Shown: positions 58,563 to 64,000 of the stretch, piece after piece | Position numbering within the stretch: the first letter of the stretch is position 1 | Layout of the letters: each line of letters opens with the position of its first letter | Assembly: GCA_020891255.1 (NCBI GenBank) | Contig: BQFW01000011.1 | Coordinates: forward strand, 806,001 to 870,000 | Length of the DNA stretch: 64,000 nt | Source of the DNA: Entomortierella parvispora E1425 | Lineage: Eukaryota; Fungi; Mortierellomycota | Reading direction: 5' to 3' | Made by a program: the position numbers and the translations under genes | The notes under the pieces: generated by a model | Told to the model about the DNA's origin: nothing | What the model saw: the letters and a program-made list of their open reading frames with translations, nothing else | The model's database searches: none

Positions 58563-61552
58563 TCAGCTCTTGGCCATGTCCTCGAGCAGGGACTCGACCT
58601 CGGGCACATCTGCAAGATAGTACTTGGCCTCGGTCTGTTTCTGGCCCACGGTACACGTCATCACATCCTGAACATCAGGACCAACGATGCTCTCGTTGCC
58701 CAAGCACGAGAACACGGCCTCGTCCGTCTTGCCATCTCCAACACACAAGATAAAGTCCACAGGGCCCACATCCGCCTGAATATCCTTCAGGATCGCCTTT
58801 ACACTTGTGGATTTGTCAATGCTGCTGGGTCGAAGCTCCAATGTCTTGTTGCCGAGGATGATCGAAAGCGCCATGTGAGCCAACAGCTTCTCCAAGTTGA
58901 CCTGCAACTCTGTTGCTTGCCAGGTGCCGAATTCAGGATCGGCCTCGCGGTAATGCCAAGTCATGTTGATTTCCTTCTCCTCAATAAAACTGCCAGGCGT
59001 GCGCTCAGTGTAGTGTTTGAACAAGGGTCGGATAGTCTCGCGCCAGCTAGCATCAACCTGGTCCACAGATCGGAACCATCCATTGCCTGCATCCTTGACC
59101 AGCTTGACAGGTTCCTGGGAGTTTGAAGTAGGCATCTCTGATCGGATTTGCTTCATGGCCTTGGCCACGCCTTCAGGATGCTTGAAGAAACAACCATGCT
59201 CTGCGGACAAGCCGACACCACACTCGCCGAACCAAGAGTCCAGGTGCTTTCGGTCGCGACCAGACAGAATATAGACATATGTGTTGGGTTGAGCAGCAAG
59301 GGCTTGCAGGTTGTGGATAATATGGCTGGCGGGATTGGCTAGTTACACATGTCGATTGAATGTTAGTATTGAAATAAACGTGAAAAAAAGCAAAGAGACA
59401 CCCAACTGTCCTGTTCCCTCTTCCTTATTCCATACCAAACTCTGGCAATTTGTGAGTAGCGGTCAAGGTGCCATCGTAGTCGAAAAAGATGACCTTGTTT
59501 TTGGAGGATTGTCTGCGAGCTTTCAGCACATGTTCGATGGTGAGCTTGGGCAACGCCATTCGGTGGTCAAACTCTTCAGAGACCCTACGGAGCTCGTTCA
59601 CGAAGCTCAATCCCCAGTAGGCGGCCGTGTACTTTGTGACATATCTGAACAGTTTTTGGTGGTTGCTCTTTCTCGTGTCCTCGGGCATCGTGACAGCTTC
59701 GAAAATAGCATCAGCAAGCTCGCCCGTGTTCCATGGATTGACGATAATCGATCCTACAGGGCAAAGTCCAAGGAGATACCAGGGCATTAGTCGTTCTGTC
59801 TGTTTTGTCTCGAAGACAGGATATTTCTATAACAGGCTCACTTACCGTTCAAACTCTGGGCAGCGCCTGCAAACTCACTGAGAATCATAACGCCGTGGTT
59901 CTCCTGCTGGCAGCAGATGTATTCGTAACTGACCAAGTTCATACCGTCGCGAGTACTCGAGATCAGGCAAACGTCTGAAACAGCATAAAGCGCAACCAGC
60001 TCTTCAAAGTTGACAGACTTGTGCAGGAAGTGAATGGGCTGGAACTCGATTGTACCATACATGCCATTGATACGACCCACGAGCTCGTTGACGACCGCAC
60101 GCAAATTCTGGTACTCTTCCACATCCTGACGGGAAGGCACTGCGACTTGAACCAAGACAACCTTGCCAATCCACTCTGGGTGCTCTGAGAGGAAGACCTC
60201 CAGAGCGTGCAGTTTTTGAGGAACTCCTTTGATGTAATCCAGACGGTCCACACCTACAATCAGCTTCACGCCTTTGAACTTTTCGCGGAGAGACTGAATT
60301 CGATTGATCACAGAAGGCTCCTTGAGGCCATCAGCAAACTTTTCGGGGTCAATGCCAATGGGGAACGTTCCAACATGGGCATAGCGGCCCTCAAAGTCGA
60401 CACCGTTGGGCATAGTAGAGAGACCCAGAATGCGGGTGCAGGAGGAGAGGAAGTGGCGGGCATAGTCATAGGTGTGGAATCCGATGAGGTCCGAGTTGAG
60501 AACGCCCAGAAGAATTTCCTTGCGTACCGGCAAAATTCTGTTGTGAATTTAGGTGCAGCACAAAAAGGCGCGACACACCGTGGGACCGTAAAGAGGCACC
60601 GACCAACGATAAGATAAAGAGATGGGGAGAAGAGACGAGATTGACGTCATGTCGTGGTTAGTCAATTGAGACGTAACTGAGCATCAAGAGAGATATCGTT
60701 CAATGGGGCAGGGGTGGAAATGCGCGCATCCTCAACAACTGCGCGCCAATCTCTTCAATGCAATCGCTGAACGTGTGGTTTTGAGTCCTTTCTTTCCCTG
60801 CCAAGACGCCAAAAGGGCACGAGTCATTTACCTGTAAACCTCACTACTGGGGAAAGGCGTATGCAAAAAGAAACCAATCTTGATGTTCTTGACGGGTTCA
60901 TTGGCGACGCGCTGGTTGTTGACCTCTTCACGCAAGAGCCTGGGCAAGAGCATCAAGTGATAATCCTGGACCCAGACAAGATCTCCATCGCGAACAATCT
61001 CTGAGATGGCCTTTGCGAACAAGCTGTTGGCTTGCTGGTAGGCGCCCCAGTCCTCCTCGTTAAAAGAGATCTCACCCGGATGATAATGGAACAGGGGCCA
61101 AAGAATGCTGTGTTTGCAAAGAGTGAAAATGAGAGCGTAGAGATAATTATGAGTTACCCAGCAACAGATCAGAAGTGCATCCGGCCAGGAAAGAGGGCCT
61201 GTGCCTGTTAAATAGTACGGTACCTGTTGGAGAAACCATTGTAGTGCATATCAGCAATATCGTCGTCGATAAAAACGGGCAGACACGAGTGCTTCTCGAG
61301 AAGTTCCTTCTGAACGAGAGCGCGATCTTCCTCAGGGATGTTGATACCGGGCCATCCGATCCACTTGAACTTCATCATACGCTTCAGGCCTGAAAGAGCA
61401 GAGACGAGTCCACCACTGCTCATTTTGTATTCATATTTGCCATTGGCGTCCTTGGTGATGGTAACAGGCAGACGGTTGGACACGACGAGGAGACGAAGGT
61501 CGTCCTTGTCGCCACCGGCGGCAGGCTGGGCGGGGGATTCGACCAAAGACAT
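58563..61552 (-). CDS. TPS1: Trehalose-6-phosphate synthase fused to a HAD trehalose-phosphatase domain, multi-exon
   Basis: VSNRLP, SSGGLVSAL, LWPLFHY, DYHLMLLP, FLHTPFPSSE, DRLDYIKG, DGMNLVSYEY; C-terminal FFDYDGTL, LSGR, AEHG, CVGDGKTDE. Confidence 0.92.
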
Positions 61553-62693
61553 GAGCGTTGCAATGGACCGCGAAAGGGGAGAGAGGGAGACTGTGGGAAA
61601 AAAAGAGCGAAGGGGGCAGAGAGGACAGAAGGACAAAGGAGAGAGAGAAAGTGAAGAAGGAAAGGAGGTCGGTGGGAATGAATAAAAAGTCAAAATGAAT
61701 GAATGAACGAATGAATGACCGAATGAATGTGAGGCTGTCTGTCTGTCTGTCTGTCTGTCTGAGTGACGTTGTTTTCGTGCCTTCATTTCTCGCTTCCTTC
61801 CCTCGTGCAACGAGCGGGCGGTGTGGCCGATCCAGCGGTGCTCGAGAGTGTGGGCCATTGTCAGTGCCAGCGGTCGTGATAGTGACCCACATGCCAGCCT
61901 CGATGCTGCAGGTTTCGCACAGGAGGGCCCTGCCTGCCCCTGCTGCAATTGTCTGACTCGGCACTGGATCCCCACTCTTGTGTGCACTCTTTTGCACGTC
62001 TGATCCCAACGCTCATCTGCTGCAGATCTCGGAGAGATTCAGTCTGCTCATCCCGACCACATTCGTTTACCATCAGTCGTCATCTCTAAAGATCGCTGCC
62101 GATTTCAGCTACAGTCTCGCCAGGGCACTCCTATCCACAATTGCACATCAATGACTCCAAAAGAGGACGAGAGAGGGATTTTTTTTTGCTTCCTGCAGGT
62201 TGCGTATTTATTTTGTTATAACGGATACCGGTTAAAATTACAGGTGTCTATGGGTTCATGAACAGGAGGTCTTTGCTACCGCAGAACGAAAGAGGACCAA
62301 GGAAAAGAAAAGAACCAAATAGGGCGAAATGAAAGAAAAGAGAAAAAGAGATAAGACCGGTTTTACAAAGTCGTTCCCTTCTCATGTCGGCTTGATCAAG
62401 GTCGCAATGAGGTTCTTTTGATCCAGGTTTGGGTTCCTTTGGTTTTCTTTCTTTCTTTTGAATCGATTTCGTTTCTCTTTGATTCCGTTCTTTCTTGGAT
62501 GGATTCTTGGGTTCACGGTTCACAAGGAAGTACTCCTGCTGACGATGGATGTTGTTTTTGATGATTGGTTGGATGAAGGGTGTATAATGTCGTTTTTTTC
62601 TTGCTGCTGGGTTGGTTTTCGTGGATCGTGAATATTCACGCTGCGTAAAGGCAGGGTATAACTGCTTTTACAGACATTCTTGGGAGAACTGCT

Positions 62694-63363
62694 TTACAGG
62701 CGGTCGCGGGAGTAGGACTTGGTGAAGCCCTGGTTCTCCTTGACGGTCATGAGCTTGAGCTGAGTCTCCTGGTCAATGTGCAACCAAGGGTGGGGGTTGT
62801 TGCGGCGATCCCAGGTGACATCGGGACCACGGGCAAGGCGGGTAACGTACCAGGCTAAAGGTGGAAAAAAAGGGGAGGAATGGTTAGATGGACTCTCTTT
62901 CTGTTGTGATTGCTCTGTTGTAAAAAAAAAAAAGTGAAGTTGTGCTATTTTTTCATGTGCGTGTTGATTTGATTGATTTGTTTGGGGTGATCCGAGATTT
63001 TCCTTCCTTCCGTTAGGGAAGAGGGAGGGTAAAAAATCAGGCACCAACCAACAAGGGATCACAAGCACTGCACGGACTGTTGTTGTGGCTGTGGACTGGC
63101 TGCTGTGTCTGTGTGCCTATCGCAACGAATGCAGCAGACATGCAGACACATACACACTGGCACACAAGCGGGAGATGGGTGGAGCGATCGAAGTATGGCT
63201 AGGAAGGAGGGGTACTGAGTGAGGAGAGAGAGAGGGGGCAGGGATTCTTACCAGCACCACCGCAAGCAACACCGAGGACGGCGTAGATGGGGATGACCTC
63301 GACACGGAACCAGGTCTGGAACATAGTGGGGGCCTTCTTGGCAGCGTGGGCAGCAGCAGACAT
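62694..63363 (-). CDS. NDUFA4/COXFA4 (MLRQ/B12D-family) small mitochondrial membrane subunit, 2 exons
   Basis: EVIPIYAVLGVACGGA|GWYVTRLARGPDVTWDRRNNPHPW; intron at about 62855-63250. Confidence 0.88.
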
Positions 63364-64000
63364 GGTGGATGGAGTGAGTGGAGAGGGTGAGGGGTGGGTT
63401 GAAGAAGAAGAAGAAAAAAGAGAAGAAAAAAAAAAGAGAGTTCCCGTCAGTTTATATATGTTGGATGCGGAGATCGAATGGAGTCTGAAAATGGCGAAAC
63501 GAAGGAAGAGCAAAGACCGACAGGAAGATTGGAAGGACCGCTCTTCTCAAGAATGGCCAAATGCGAAAAAGGCACTTTGTCCTCGGAGGCAAGCGAGAGG
63601 GACAGGATACGTAGCGTGGTATTCTTACTTGGAGAAAGGTCAATGGACAGGTTCAAGACGCCACGCTACGCTACTCGTCGTCATATTGAGGGGCAAATTA
63701 TTGGTCTGATTCCTCCCCGCAGAATCGGACGAGTGATAAGTGGTTGCTGAGTTGGGGTCCTATATGCGAATTGCGTGTGTGTGGGAGTGGCCCCTGACCA
63801 TGTGCTGACTGGTCGTTGACTCTGGTGGTGTCAGATCGAGGAAGGTCGACGGGTCGGAGGGCAAGACGCCGTCTTAAGGGGTTGCGAAACATTGGTTGTC
63901 ATTTGTCTCTTCTGGCTGGCAGCTGCAACGGCGAGTGGTGGGCAGGGGTAAGAAAAAAAAGCTTTCTCGGGGTGGGGTGCTCGGGCAGAAGGTTCTCCCT

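Overview
Intron-rich fungal genomic DNA. Gene content (UXT, UBE2Z-like E2, fused TPS-TPP), intron style and composition suggest an early-diverging fungus, probably Mortierellaceae (inference). About 18 host genes: partial RTF1, PEX8-like, a long coiled-coil protein, ARP8, cystathionine gamma-lyase, UXT, an ABC1/ADCK kinase, a UBE2Z-like double-UBC protein, a MOT1-family transporter, a Kelch-TM-kinase, a small PP1-docking protein, an acidic disordered protein, NPC2, a multipass membrane protein, MMS2, TPS-TPP and NDUFA4/COXFA4. At 39.4-50.3 kb a single tRNA-Leu(AAG) gene is sandwiched between two mobile elements. One is a young full-length Ty3/Gypsy element with apparently identical 608-bp LTRs and a 4-bp TSD, ending 15 bp upstream of the tRNA. 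The other is a Mutator-like element with ~49-bp TIRs and a 9-bp TSD, 65 bp downstream, carrying a ~279-bp tandem array and cargo ORFs. Top candidates for new biology: a tRNA-gene-targeting retrotransposon, a receptor-like kinase (Kelch ectodomain, TM, non-RD kinase), the cargo-carrying MULE, and a stand-alone RRP1B-type PP1-binding protein. All homology calls are by recognition of motifs; no searches were run.
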